In this document: one piece after another, positions 25,306 to 37,469 of the stretch
Layout: each line of letters opens with the position of its first letter
Position numbering within the stretch: the first letter of the stretch is position 1
Assembly: GCF_006345805.1 (NCBI RefSeq)
Contig: NC_043012.1
Coordinates: 12,338,001-12,402,000 of the forward strand
Direction: 5' to 3'
DNA length: 64,000 nt
Source of the DNA: Octopus sinensis
Lineage: Eukaryota
The notes under the pieces: model-generated
The model's input: the letters and a program-made list of their open reading frames with translations, nothing else
Databases searched by the model: none
What the model was told of the DNA's origin: nothing
Made by a program: the position numbers and the translations under genes

Positions 25306-25367
<62 letters not shown>

Positions 25368-25371
25368 ATAT

Positions 25372-25405
<34 letters not shown>

Positions 25406-25415
25406 ATGTATATAT

Positions 25416-25446
<31 letters not shown>

Positions 25447-25449
<3 letters not shown>

Positions 25450-25735
25450 AGGCGCAATGGCCCAGTGGCTAGGGCAACAGACTCGCGGACGTAAGATCGT
25501 GGTTTCGATTCTCAGACCGGGCGAAAACACTTAGAGCTCCACGAGGCTCCGACAGTAGGTGGTGGTGATCCCTGCTGTGCTCTTTCACCACATCTTTCTC
25601 TCACTCTTTCTTCTGTTGGCCTCCTCGATTAGCCAGCGGGGTGGCGTCACTGATGGCTAAAACAATTTGAAGTGCATTGTGACCAGCGATGTGGAGCAAC
25701 ATCTGGTGGCCTGGCCGGGTACATGATCACGTGAT
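25447..25735 (+). mobile_element. SINE family S3 with a different tail
   Basis: Same head and body as 18447 up to ctcactctttcttc, then unrelated sequence. Confidence 0.85.
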
Positions 25736-26573
25736 ATATATATATATACACGTAATAAGAGATTATTATTTACATTTTAATTTATTCTTCATCTAACTTA
25801 CACAAAGGTGTTACCGTCGTGAAACCATGATTTCTGTATTGATCTGCAACCCGACAGTGTTGACAACCCAGTGCTCAGGCTGAATAGTTCTTCGGAAATA
25901 CCCTAACTTCGTACCTTACCAGGATCTAAAACACACACACACACATACACATAAATATACTAAGGGCTTAATTCAGTTTCTCTCTACCAAATCCATTTAT
26001 AAAGCTTGGTTGGCCCCGGACTATATTAAATATATTCGCCCCAAAACGTATGGTTTAAAGCAAACTTCTCACCACAATGAAACCTGCGTATAATATTTAT
26101 ATGCATTCAAACAGAAATATACACGGATAGAGACACACCATAGTTACACATAGCTGAGCATACACAAATGCATACGTTCTTTGTCCTTGTGTATGTGAGT
26201 GTTTCGGTATGGCAGCGTGAGTTTGCAGATGTTAAAGTTTGTAAGAGTGTACTCATTGTACGCGCATGCATTAACAGACACGGCCATCACCGAAGATATT
26301 CGGTTTCAGGCTAATGATTGATGACAAGATTCTGTGTAGAGTTATTGACTACGGTTAATATCTGAGAATACTCTATCACTGAGAATAATATCCATCAGCG
26401 ATATCTGATACTTTGATGATGCTTGATACTGATAACCAAATATATTTTAATCTTCCAACAAACACCTACTTTAGCGAGTATTTATTTTATATACTTATAC
26501 ACATGCTTGTATACATTTACATACACACACCGGACATTCATGCATTATATATACATTATATATATGTATATAT

Positions 26574-26607
<34 letters not shown>

Positions 26608-26609
26608 AG

Positions 26610-26647
<38 letters not shown>

Positions 26648-26755
26648 TGTGCATGTGGTAGGGACGTTGTTTTTACATATGGGGTGTTTTAACCATCTGA
26701 ATCTGGTGTGGCCAATTCGTATCTATCTATGATCAAAGCTGATATCTGACTCCGG

Positions 26756-26802
<47 letters not shown>

Positions 26803-27130
26803 AGAGAGAGACAGAGACAGACAGACAGACAGACAGAGAAACAGAGACAGAGACAGAGAGAGAGACAGGGTGAGATAGAGAGGGAGAGAGATCGTGAGAG
26901 ACAGAATCAGGCAGGGAGAGAGAGAAAACGTTGATCCAAAACTGGATTCTTGTATTCAAATATCCCGAAGACGAGAAAGCAAGATTCATGAAACCAAGTT
27001 TGCTATAATGGTATTATAGAGTTCAGAGCGGTGAGAGCCGCGGCGAATACACACCGTAATTCAATGAATCAGACACGCTAGCGCCTGTACCAATTGACCT
27101 TATGACGTGCACACACATATCCATACATGC

Positions 27131-27170
<40 letters not shown>

Positions 27171-28519
27171 GTATACACAATAACACAAGCACACACACAC
27201 AGAAGCTTACTCAAGCATACACTTACACGCACATGCATACCGCGCATATCCAAACTCATGACCAGTTCTATAACACATATGCGCACTCGTACACGCACGC
27301 GTGCACACACAAACACACACACACACGCGCGCGTGTACACACACACACATTGTGTAACTGGAATTCTCTTGCAATAGTAATGTAAAATACTTATTGGCTA
27401 AAATTGTAACAGCCAATCAAAATTGGATTGCAATAATAATATATAAGCAAATTTCATATGCGTACATTGCCATAGAATATATATCCCATGAGAAATCATT
27501 GTCAGAATTAATTTGATCTGGAAATATTTAATGGCTTTTTAATAACTGTGAGCAGTGACCTTTCTATTCGCTGGAATCTAAAACTACATTTCTGAGGTTA
27601 AAGCCTGTTATTTAAAAATTTGAAAATAACCTTGCGATTATATGAAAGCATAGAGCATTGATGTGACCCTCATTCTGTTTCTGCAGATGAGCCAGTGACA
27701 GAGGCCCTACAGATTCAATCATTCAGCCAGTGAGAAATGTCTGTTACATCTTTCAATCATGTACTGTCGGTGCAGAAAATGAATGTTACTTTGAATAATA
27801 TAATTTTGCGTATAATGCTTCGAAATAAATAATGGAAAAGTATCAGAGCAGGAAAGCCTTTGGTCATTGTCATACCCTGTTAGTGGTCAGTCCTCAAAAT
27901 TTTGTATATATATGTATATATATATATATACAAGATGAAATTTGAAATTTTATAGATATGTCATTATGCCTGTGCGCACGCCAACCAATTTTTTTTCCAC
28001 TCTAAATTTCAATGGATTTCTAATGTGCAACAATTGAAAGTTATTTGCAGAAAATTATATAAAGCATATCCATTTTTTTCTCAAATTTATGAGGAAAAGA
28101 AATTAGGGATGAACACGTGTATAGTTGTGCTCATAGAAGCTCCCCCTGGTAGAGTATGGTGGCAAACGCAAAGGACACTGAACCATTGTAGTAGTAATAA
28201 TAGAAGAGAGACAAAGAGAGAGACAGAGAGAAAAAATGAGAGAGAAAGAGAGAGTTAAAGGGAGAAGGAGAGAGGAAGAGAGCAGAGAGAGAGAGAGAGA
28301 GAGAGAGAGGGAAGGCGGTTATAACACGTTGATGCAGTTGTAACTATAACCTATCGATTACTGATTACTAGCAATTTAATCAGATTATCTTTCTGTTGAC
28401 ACCTTGGTTGTGTTGGTGCGGGCGCGCGTATGTGATAGTGAGCTCAGAATCCGTGTCTTTACGGAAAGTTAGAAAGTCTTGCGGGATGAAGTAGTCTGTG
28501 ATCTCTTCATTGAGGCAGT

Positions 28520-28722
28520 AAAGGCGGTGAGCTTGCAGAATCGTCGGAAAAATGCTTTGCGAATTTCTTTGGAATCATTACATTCTGAGTTCAAATCTCA
28601 TCTAGGCAGACACTGCCTTTTACCCTTACGTGGTCGATAAAATAAATTCCAGCTGAAGAGAGGAATCGATGCAATTGACTAATTCTCTGCCTCCAAATTT
28701 CCGTCCGTGTGCCCACACTTGA
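28520..28722 (+). mobile_element. Degraded S1 SINE, tail B
   Basis: Head aaggcggtgagcttgcagaatcg and B box gagttcaaatc. Confidence 0.65.
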
Positions 28723-28747
28723 AAGAATATGTGTGGGTGTGTAGATG

Positions 28748-28848
<101 letters not shown>

Positions 28849-28850
28849 AT

Positions 28851-28894
<44 letters not shown>

Positions 28895-28977
28895 ATACAC
28901 CTACAAACACACATACATGTATATGTATATATATATATATATGTTTATCAAAATAAAAACATGATGCAAAGGATTTA

Positions 28978-29064
28978 GCGATACATATGTTTCGGGCCTT
29001 TATTAGACGGTTTATAACAATGGATAATTGATGTAAATGTGTATATATAGCCTTCTTCAGTCAC
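28978..29064 (-). ncRNA. Minimal type I hammerhead, canonical core, long stem II loop
   Basis: GUGA-CUGAAGA-aGGC...GCCc-GAAAC-AUAU-GUA-UCGC; palindromic AUAU loop. Confidence 0.75.
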
Positions 29065-29089
29065 GTACAATTACAAGTAGTAATTGTAC

Positions 29090-29176
29090 GCGGTTGAAGA
29101 AGGCTATAGACACACATTTACATCAATTATCCATTGTTATAAACCGTCTAATAAAGGCCCGAAACATATGTATCGC
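29090..29176 (+). ncRNA. Hammerhead variant (U3; UUGAAGA), mirror copy of 28978-29064
   Basis: GCGG-UUGAAGA-aGGC.uaUAGAC...GUCUA..GCCc-GAAAC-AUAU-GUA-UCGC. Confidence 0.65.
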
Positions 29177-29294
29177 TAAATCCTTTGCATCATGTTTTTA
29201 TTTTGATAAATATACTCTATCACCTACACCACTAAATGGTATATACAGGTGCTTACAATTATCAAGTATCCATCCTGATTTTTTGTACCCAACT

Positions 29295-29375
<81 letters not shown>

Positions 29376-29407
29376 TGTGTGTGTGTGTGTGTGTGGTGTG
29401 TATAATA

Positions 29408-29630
29408 GTGGAGTAGGCCAGTTTATGGCATTACCCTGGGTTTCCCGCTCATAAGGGTTCAGCCTTACGGCGTATTTTCAGACTCTTAACACTGCCCTCC
29501 TGAGTGCTCATTAAAACATCTTTCAAAGAGGTCACAGACCAGCAGTGTTTGCTGTTTGAAGATACGCCGTAAGGCTAAACCCCTTGTGAGCGAGAAACCC
29601 AATGTAATCCCATAAACCGACCTACTCCAG
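29408..29630. mobile_element. MITE with about 75-bp imperfect terminal inverted repeats
   Basis: TA flanks; left (g)TGGAGTAGGCCAGTTTATGGCATTACC... against right ...GTAATCCCATAAACCGACCTACTCCAG. Confidence 0.75.
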
Positions 29631-29695
29631 TATAATATTAACTAGTCTACATCTTAGAGTATGCTTCTCCTCCAGATTTATGTTTCTCTATAAGC

Positions 29696-29745
<50 letters not shown>

Positions 29746-29919
29746 AATATTAGGGAATAAATCCAAATTTACAGGGAAAAAAATCAGATTTAGGATTAAA
29801 TCCAATTTTATAGTAAAATATTATATAATATTAATTCGAGACAAAACCACTATTTTGCAAAACAAACAAGGAAAGACTTAATCAATACATAAAAAATTTT
29901 AATATAAAGAAATAAACCG

Positions 29920-29962
29920 CCACTACAATCGTTTCATGTCTTCAATGACATTCGTCAGGTGG
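29920..29962 (-). ncRNA. Minimal type I hammerhead, canonical 43-nt motif
   Basis: CCAC-CUGACGA-AUGUC-auugaa-GACAU-GAAAC-gauu-GUA-GUGG; all three stems pair. Confidence 0.88.
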
Positions 29963-30011
29963 ATTATCGATCTCCTAATCTGTTTTAATAACAGATTAGG
30001 AGATCGAAAAT

Positions 30012-30053
30012 CCAATGACGAATGTCATTGAAGACATGAAACGATTGTAGTGG
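30012..30053 (+). ncRNA. Defective mirror copy of the 29920-29962 hammerhead
   Basis: CCA-AUGACGA-AUGUC..GACAU-GAAAC-gauu-GUA-GUGG; C3 changed to A and one stem I base lost. Confidence 0.6.
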
Positions 30054-30488
30054 CGGTTTATTTCTTTATATTAAAATTTTTTATGTATTGATTAAGTCTT
30101 TCCTTGTTTGTTTTGCAAAATAGTGGTTTTGTCTCGAATTAATATTATATATATATAATATATATATATATGTGTGTGTGTGTTATGAGAGGTAATGGTG
30201 TCAACAAGACACAACGTTGTCAGGTAATGCTGAGTAAGTGCCATGGAGAGACTATAGTTAAGCTCGAGGTTCGGTGATTACAAACCCTATGCTTGGAATG
30301 ACCAATTATAAATACTACTGGAACTTACTTACAAGGTACAGGAATCTTTTATATATACCCTTGTGCCTAAATGATGGAACTACAGATAGAATATCCCTGC
30401 ATATATCGTGTCTACTTTCATTGCTCCACTTCACTCTCGATTTCATATCTTATCTAGAATAATTATTGCTTAACCATTTTCTCACACC

Positions 30489-30536
30489 GTCTCCGCTGAA
30501 GGGATATATAAATTATCCCGGAAACAGCTGTAAGAC
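30489..30536 (+). ncRNA. Hammerhead variant with CCGCUGA core
   Basis: GUCU-CCGCUGA-aGGGAUA-uauaaau-UAUCCCg-GAAAC-AGCU-GUA-AGAC; palindromic AGCU loop. Confidence 0.7.
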
Positions 30537-30653
30537 CTATTTATAAATGTTCTGAAATCTTTCACAGCCTTGGATCTTTATCTCATTCTGTTAATTTTTT
30601 TATACATACATACATACATGCATACATACATACATACATACACACATGCATAT

Positions 30654-30707
<54 letters not shown>

Positions 30708-30854
30708 AGCTTAGAGAAGAAGAAACGAAACGAAACCAAACGAATCGAATCGAATCGACGCGAAGGCGCTCAGTCATACAACAGTGTAAAAAATAAAATA
30801 TATGCATACATACAAACATATATGTACGTACCTACATCTACATGTATATATACA

Positions 30855-30911
<57 letters not shown>

Positions 30912-32709
30912 TACAGATCGGTAAGATAGCGTAAATCAAATATTCAATACTGAATGCCTTAAGTTTTATCGAAACAATACCGCTAATCTTATCCACTTTA
31001 CTAGAAATGTCAACAGGGTATATTTTTTTCTATCGTGTAATTTATAGATAACTACAAGCAAACTCCAATGAATGCATGCACTCTTGCTATTTCAATTGGA
31101 GAAAAGAAAAGGAAAATATGTGTAAAAGGCGCACGTTAAATAATCAGTGTGATATTTAATTAAAATATAATATCAAAAGTGGACTACCTCGGAATTCCTG
31201 CTAGGTAATGTGCTTATCAACAGGTGAACGAAATAGAAAATCAATGCCATCTTATTTTCTTGTTCTTTTTATTAATTTTTTAAATGAATGATTTCAGGTG
31301 TCAGCTTACGTCAAAGATAAGTAACGAATGTATTTTTAGAATAATCCACAAGGCATTGTAAGAGATGCATAGAATGAGAGAAAAGGGAGAGAAAGGGAGA
31401 TAGAGAGAGAGAGAGAGATAAAGTGAGAGAGAGAGACAGACAGAGATAAAGAGAGACAGAGAGAGAGAGATAAAGAGAGACAGAGAGAAAGGGATGAAGA
31501 GAGAGAGAGAGACATACAGAGATAAAGAGAGACAGAGAGAGAGAGAGAGATAAAGAGAGAGAGACATACAGAGATAAAGAGAGACAGAGAGAGAGAGAGA
31601 GATAAGAGAGACAGAGAGAAGGGATGAAGAGAGACAGAAAGAGAGTGAGAGAGAGAGAGAGCAGGGGAGAGAAAGAGGGGAAATACATATCTATTTGCTT
31701 CCGCTGAATTTATCATTAAAGGGAGAGAATCACTTCAAGGGTACACTGAAGAACATTTTTTTTTATCTGTTAAATTTTATTCTCTAATTTTTTCTATTGT
31801 TAGTGGTGTTGTTGTTTAGCCATTGGTCATTCTTGATTTAGCAAACCTATAATCAAAATCTTTACAATTGTGACCATCTTAATCCGTCCTTCTTAGACGT
31901 AGTTTATCAAGGGCTGCATTGCGTTGGACGTTATAATCTGACATTTGTTTGCTATTTCTGGCACGTACAGTTGCCACGTACAAACTACTATTTTTGTTTA
32001 TCTATAGACCTCTTTGATTCTTATTTCACCCAGAGGTGGGGACCGCATAGCCATTGGGAATTGTATAAAAATATGTTGAACCAGTTTATTGCACATAAGC
32101 ATAACAACAAAATCATATATGTACTTCCAATGACCATTGACGTAGATGTTTCCTTATAATTAGCTATCGTACACACATTCAGTGCTTCATCACTGCTGTA
32201 AATGTGATGGAAATTTAAGAACTAATCTTTCGTTACTTTGCTATCCTAAGAGATATGTGTTTAATAATGATATGAAAAACACCATTCCAGTTCTTCCTGA
32301 AAAGATTCCTCTGCGGCTCTTCAAACAATTATACTAGCTGTTATTTCAATCTCAATATCAAGTTAGACAAACAAATATACATGTACTTTTTACATACAAC
32401 CACACGCCAATCACATATACAGATTTGGTGCACACCGAAACAATAGTTAGTTAATTGTATATATTGGTTCACAGTAAAATTGCATTATCACCGCACGTTC
32501 ATATTTATGCTCTACTGAAATGTTATATCCAGAGCGATATGAATGGAAGATTAGATTATTTTTGCAATACTCTCTTGAAATATAATTTTCTGTTTTCGTC
32601 TACGAAATCACCCCACAAGACTTTGGTCATCCCATGCGATGAGGCAGAACCCAACATAACATGCTTGGAAAATCGGCAATTTGAGCACCGTCTGTGAGAA
32701 AAACAGCAC

Positions 32710-32910
32710 CATGACGCAATTCACAATTAGCAAACAACATGGTGTACTGCTTGGCATTCGTGCCGGAAGTTCCAATACGAATATTTCAAAGTATTTGGGT
32801 GTCAATCTGAAGACAGGGTAATCTGTGGACATGTACCGAGAGTGATAAAAATGAAACATCCAGTCAACATTATGATGTTTGAAGTAATCAAAAGTGATGG
32901 GGACAATAGA
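32710..32910 (+). pseudogene. Internally deleted Tc1/mariner (maT-like) transposase remnant
   Basis: MTQFTISKQHGVLLGIRAGSSNTNISKYLGVNLKT (HTH-like) joined to PRVIKMKHPVNIMMFEVIKSDGD. Confidence 0.6.
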
Positions 32911-33727
32911 TTCGTAATGACTTTTACGGCTGTGCCTGTCACCTGGATGGTGAGGAATCCTACATTGGGAGCAGTAACAACTAGGGTAGGGTAGCTGACT
33001 ACTTATTGTGATCATTCGTCTTTTGGTTTCCTGTAGCTTTGCTCTCTTTTACAAACCCAGTGAACATATATTTCATATTTCAAAGAAATTCAAACAATAG
33101 ATATAAGACACAAGTTTAAAAAATTCTCAACAATTCAACTTCTCTGGTTGACATTAAGACACCCAACACCAACAGAGGCCTTGACTCTCACATTTTATAG
33201 CTCCATGGCCTTCATTTTTCAGGTGCAAAATCCTTTTAACAGGTACAATAAGAGTGGAATTTTGGAATATGCGCATAAAAATCAGTAGTATGGGATACAT
33301 GTGGCACGATTACAAATTTTTTTAGGGTGAGTAAAAAGGGAAATCAACCTCATCTGTAAGTTTGATGAAATTCGAAACATAGATATTCTAGTTTATTACA
33401 GGAAATACAACAGAAAACTCTAATTCTTCAATTGCATGTAACACAGGCAATGCCGGGTATCTCTGATGGTTGAATATATTTACCCTTTAGTATATCAAGA
33501 TATCGTTATGTATCTGTCAAAACAGATGTTTAAATGAGATGTCAGTGTTATTTTCGTTTTTGCGTAATTTACACGAGAGTTTAATCACCGCACCCTGTAC
33601 ATCCACCCATCCATCCATCCATCCATCCATACATACATACGTACATCCATCCATACATATATACGTACATCCATCCATACATACATACATACGTACATAC
33701 ATATACATACATACATACATACATACA

Positions 33728-33763
<36 letters not shown>

Positions 33764-34080
33764 TATTCTGTCAGGCATTTGCCATGATAGATCGCTAGCC
33801 ACTACAAATTCTTTATTTTCTCGCCTTGCTTCTTTCTGTGTTCCTTTCTGTAGAAGAGCGTAGGCCCAGACCGTTAAAAACTATTTCACTTCCCGAGCGT
33901 AATACTAATACATCTGTTTGTTGTCTATACCATATTTTTTTGTGAATTCTTCCCCTATATACAGTAAATCCCAAAAAGAAAAACAAACGAAAAAGTTAAA
34001 AGACGCAAGGACGTGGTACACGTATTAGGAGACGCTCAGGGAAGGAAAGAAAGATTGCTTAACGTTTCGAACAATGTATG

Positions 34081-34114
<34 letters not shown>

Positions 34115-34163
34115 ACAAAGTGGAGTTGTAGGGTACCGCACGAGTGGAATTATATACGAAAGA

Positions 34164-34596
34164 AGGTTTGAAAATGCAATTTTAAAAGATGTTTATTTAC
34201 TTCACCGGTTTCACTCTTTGGAAAAAGGTTGTCAAAAGTAACATGTAGAAGTTTGGTTGCGTTAATTATTGGTTGTTACAAATTGCTACATTACATATAT
34301 ACAATCTTTGGTGACAAGGACATGTTAAGGACATAAAAAAGTTTAACAAGTTCCTTAAAATATTGGGCACAAAAGATTACTACATAAATAATCATTCTCA
34401 ATAAGGACCTTGTGAAACTTTTTTTATGTCCTTAACATGTCCTTGTTACCAAAGACTGTATATATGTAATGTAGCAATTTGTAACAACCAATAATTAACG
34501 CAACCAAACTTCTACATGTTACTTTTGACAATCTTTTTCCAAAGAGTGAAACCGGTGAATTAAATAAACATCTTTTAAAATTGCATTTTCAAACCT
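34164..34596. repeat. Fold-back element, arms about 194 bp, 44-nt spacer, with a hammerhead-like motif (34519-34563)
   Basis: Arms 34164-34357 / 34402-34596 differ by 6 substitutions and 1 indel; right end abuts a (TA)/(CA) tract. Confidence 0.9.
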
Positions 34597-34632
34597 ATAT
34601 ATATACACATATGTATATATATACATATACAT

Positions 34633-34698
<66 letters not shown>

Positions 34699-35004
34699 AC
34701 AGACAGACAGACAGACACAGACACAAACACACATACACAAACACACATACACAAACACACATACACAAACACACATACACACAAACGACGATATATACAC
34801 ACGGATAACCACATTATCATATTTTTTTCAATATGGCTTCCATTTCAATTTACCAAGACAGAAACGAATTCAACTCATTGGAGCATTTTCATGGAAGATA
34901 TCACCCATTTTCCAAGCTATACATCTTTCTTGTATTTGCGCCGCGAGCTTATCAAATTTTCTTTACACACACACTCACACACACACACACATGTTTGTGT
35001 GTAC

Positions 35005-35045
<41 letters not shown>

Positions 35046-35608
35046 AATATATATATATATATATACAAATATGTATGTATTCTTGGTTTATTCATTCTTT
35101 GATATTTACTTTTCTTTCAAATTTTTTTGACGTTAATATTTTTAAAAATTAATATTATTCAATACATATATTCAAATGATATGTCAATGCAGACAGAATA
35201 AATAATTTTACCTTACAACAGTTTATCTTCAATTAACTTCCAGATTAATGAACTCATAGCCTTGGCATACATTTAAAGTCTGTGTTCGAAACTAAAAATC
35301 ACGTGGTCTAATTTTAGATTGCGCATGGACAAATGTGAAATTAGAATATGACACGAGAATTGAAAGATAAAACGATAGCGACCTGTTGAAAGCGCGTATA
35401 ATTTGCTAGCAAGGACCATGATTTCGCTTATTCTCTCCTTTTAGCTTTGAAAGAGTGGAAATTCTATCACGTGACAACCGAGATAAAGCGGGAGAGAGAG
35501 AGTTTGTGTGTGTGTGTGTGTGTAAAGGAGAGAGAAAGTTTGTGTGTGTCTGTAAGAGAGAGAGATTTTGTGTGTGTGTAAGAGAAAGGGTTTGTGTGTG
35601 TGTGTATG

Positions 35609-35644
<36 letters not shown>

Positions 35645-35794
35645 TGTGTGTGCGTAAGAGAGAGAGTGTGCGTAAGAGAGAGAGAAACTTTGTGTTTGGG
35701 TGACAGAGAAATTTGTGTGTGCGAGAGAGAGAAAGAAAGAGAGATTTTGTGTGTGCGAGAAAAGTTTGTATGTGTGTGTGGATGTGTGTGTGTT

Positions 35795-35826
<32 letters not shown>

Positions 35827-35833
35827 AGAGAGG

Positions 35834-35869
<36 letters not shown>

Positions 35870-36141
35870 AAGAGGACTGCACTTGCTCCCTACTGGTGCT
35901 AATTTCAGCTAAGTAGATTTTAGCTCTGTGAAATGAAGTGCTTTGCTGAATGCAACAACCTACTATCTAGTCCAGGAATCAAAACCACTACATTAATTTC
36001 ATGAGTATAATACCTTAAACGCTAGGCCATAGAATATCACCAACGGATTATAAATTTAACGAAAGCAAAACTGAAAATATCGAACAGTAAATTTGAAGTT
36101 AACTAAACGGAACCGTTAACTCCCAGCAGTATATGAAACTA

Positions 36142-36552
36142 AAGGCGGCGAGCTGGCAGAAACGTTAGCGCACCGAGCGAAATGTTTAGCGGTATTTCGT
36201 CTGCCGTTACGGTCTGAGTTCAAATTCTGCGAAGTCGACTTTGCCTTTCATCCTTTCGGGGTCGATTAAATAAGTACCAGTTACGCACTGGGGTCGATAT
36301 CTTAATCGGTTTATCTGTCCTTGTTTGTCCCTTCTGTGTTTAGCCCCTTGTGGGTAGTAAAGAAATAGGTATTTCGGCTGCCGTTAGATTCTGAGTTCAA
36401 ATTCCGCCGAGGTCGACTTTGCCTTTCATCCTTTCGGTCGATAAATAAGGTACCAGTTACGCACTGGGGTCGATGTAATCGACTTAATCCCTTTGTCTGT
36501 CCTTGTTTGTCCCCTCTATGTTTAGCCCCTTGAGGGTAATAAAGAAATAAGA
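36142..36552 (+). mobile_element. SINE family S1, tail type A, dimeric copy
   Basis: Head GGCGGCGAGCTGGCAGAA, B box GAGTTCAAATTC, core GTCGACTTTGCCTTTCATCCTTTCGGGGTCGAT; 17-bp TSD agcagtatatgaaacta (36125-36141 / 36553-36569). Confidence 0.92.
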
Positions 36553-37469
36553 AGCAGTATATGAAACTACTGTAGTAGTTAATCCCACTTAAGCGTGAAT
36601 GTTTTAATTGAACAAATTATACTGCAGATGTTACCATTACAGAAACTGCCACTCGCTTTCTGTTAGCGATATAAACGAATGCATTTTGCACCAAAAAATA
36701 AAACCATTATGAGAGTTTCTCTCCTGGTAACTGCCGAATATGGATTGTTCTAATAAAACATAACCGCTTAAATGAGGATAAATATTATCTCAGTTTTAAT
36801 ACTGCCTCTGCCGCTCATAGATATTTTTAACAAGATCACTGACTAATCGCAAGAGCAGTGCCTGTTCAGGTAATGTCAATCTATATATCGCTGGTGGGAG
36901 TAGAACCGCTGAGGCGTCTAGCGATCGAGTATCTCTCATTGACAAACCCAAATCACGTGATCTGGTGGTCTCGGGGCTGGATGCAACGGTGATTTATCTC
37001 CCCGCCAGCGATATAAACGAGTGCATTTTGCACCAGAAAGACAAGGAGTGTACGTCTCGAATGGTAATTACCCCAGTGTAGTTTGTTTCTAATAGTTCAT
37101 TCAAGTGAGGATCAAATATTACCTCTTGGCATCATTGCTGCTTCTGTCGCCAAAAATATATAGTTTTAACAAGCTATACTGTTGTAATGTGATAAGTTCA
37201 ATAAACAACTGATAAATAGGAATGCTAAGTATATGCTGAAAACATCTTTTCTGAGCTTGTGTTTAAATTAGAACTGAAAGTTCAAGAAACACACGTCAAT
37301 GCTATAAAAGTTCTGCTGCTTGACCTCCTCCCCCTCCTCCTCCTCCGCTCCTCCTCTCCTCATCCTCTCCACCTCCTCTCCTCCCCTTCCATCTCGACCT
37401 CCTCCTCCTCATCATCATCACCATCGTCATCATCATCATCATGTTTGCATGTGAATATATATATAAATA

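Larger units (their letters stand above)
24064..25312. mobile_element. Non-coding, PLE/retrozyme-like cassette inserted in (TA)n: inverted arm plus 546-nt-period tandem repeat
   Basis: Inverted arms 24064-24352 / 24377-24665 (289 bp, 1 mismatch). Direct repeats 24353-24766 / 24899-25312 (414 bp, 4 substitutions). Three hammerheads; (TA)n on both sides. Confidence 0.85.
28944..29210. repeat. Fold-back element, arms about 130 bp, 5-nt loop (29075-29079)
   Basis: Outer ~98 bp nearly perfect, inner part imperfect; left end abuts (TA)n; one hammerhead per arm. Confidence 0.9.
29822..30151. repeat. Fold-back element, arms about 162 bp, 5-nt loop (29985-29989)
   Basis: Distal arms perfect, few mismatches near the centre; right end abuts (TA)n; a related sequence occurs at about 6830-6870. 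Confidence 0.9.

Noticed and set aside
33840-34075. Partial ribozyme-like strings (ctgtagaagagcgtaggccc; GAAACGTTAAG on the minus strand)
   Set aside because: Too decayed or truncated by microsatellites to fold.
36666-37200. Old diverged tandem duplication with a period of about 340 bp
   Set aside because: Real but unremarkable; no coding or structural signal found.
37270-37305. GAAC/GTTC hairpin followed by GAAAC-acac-GTC
   Set aside because: No CUGANGA-like segment upstream.
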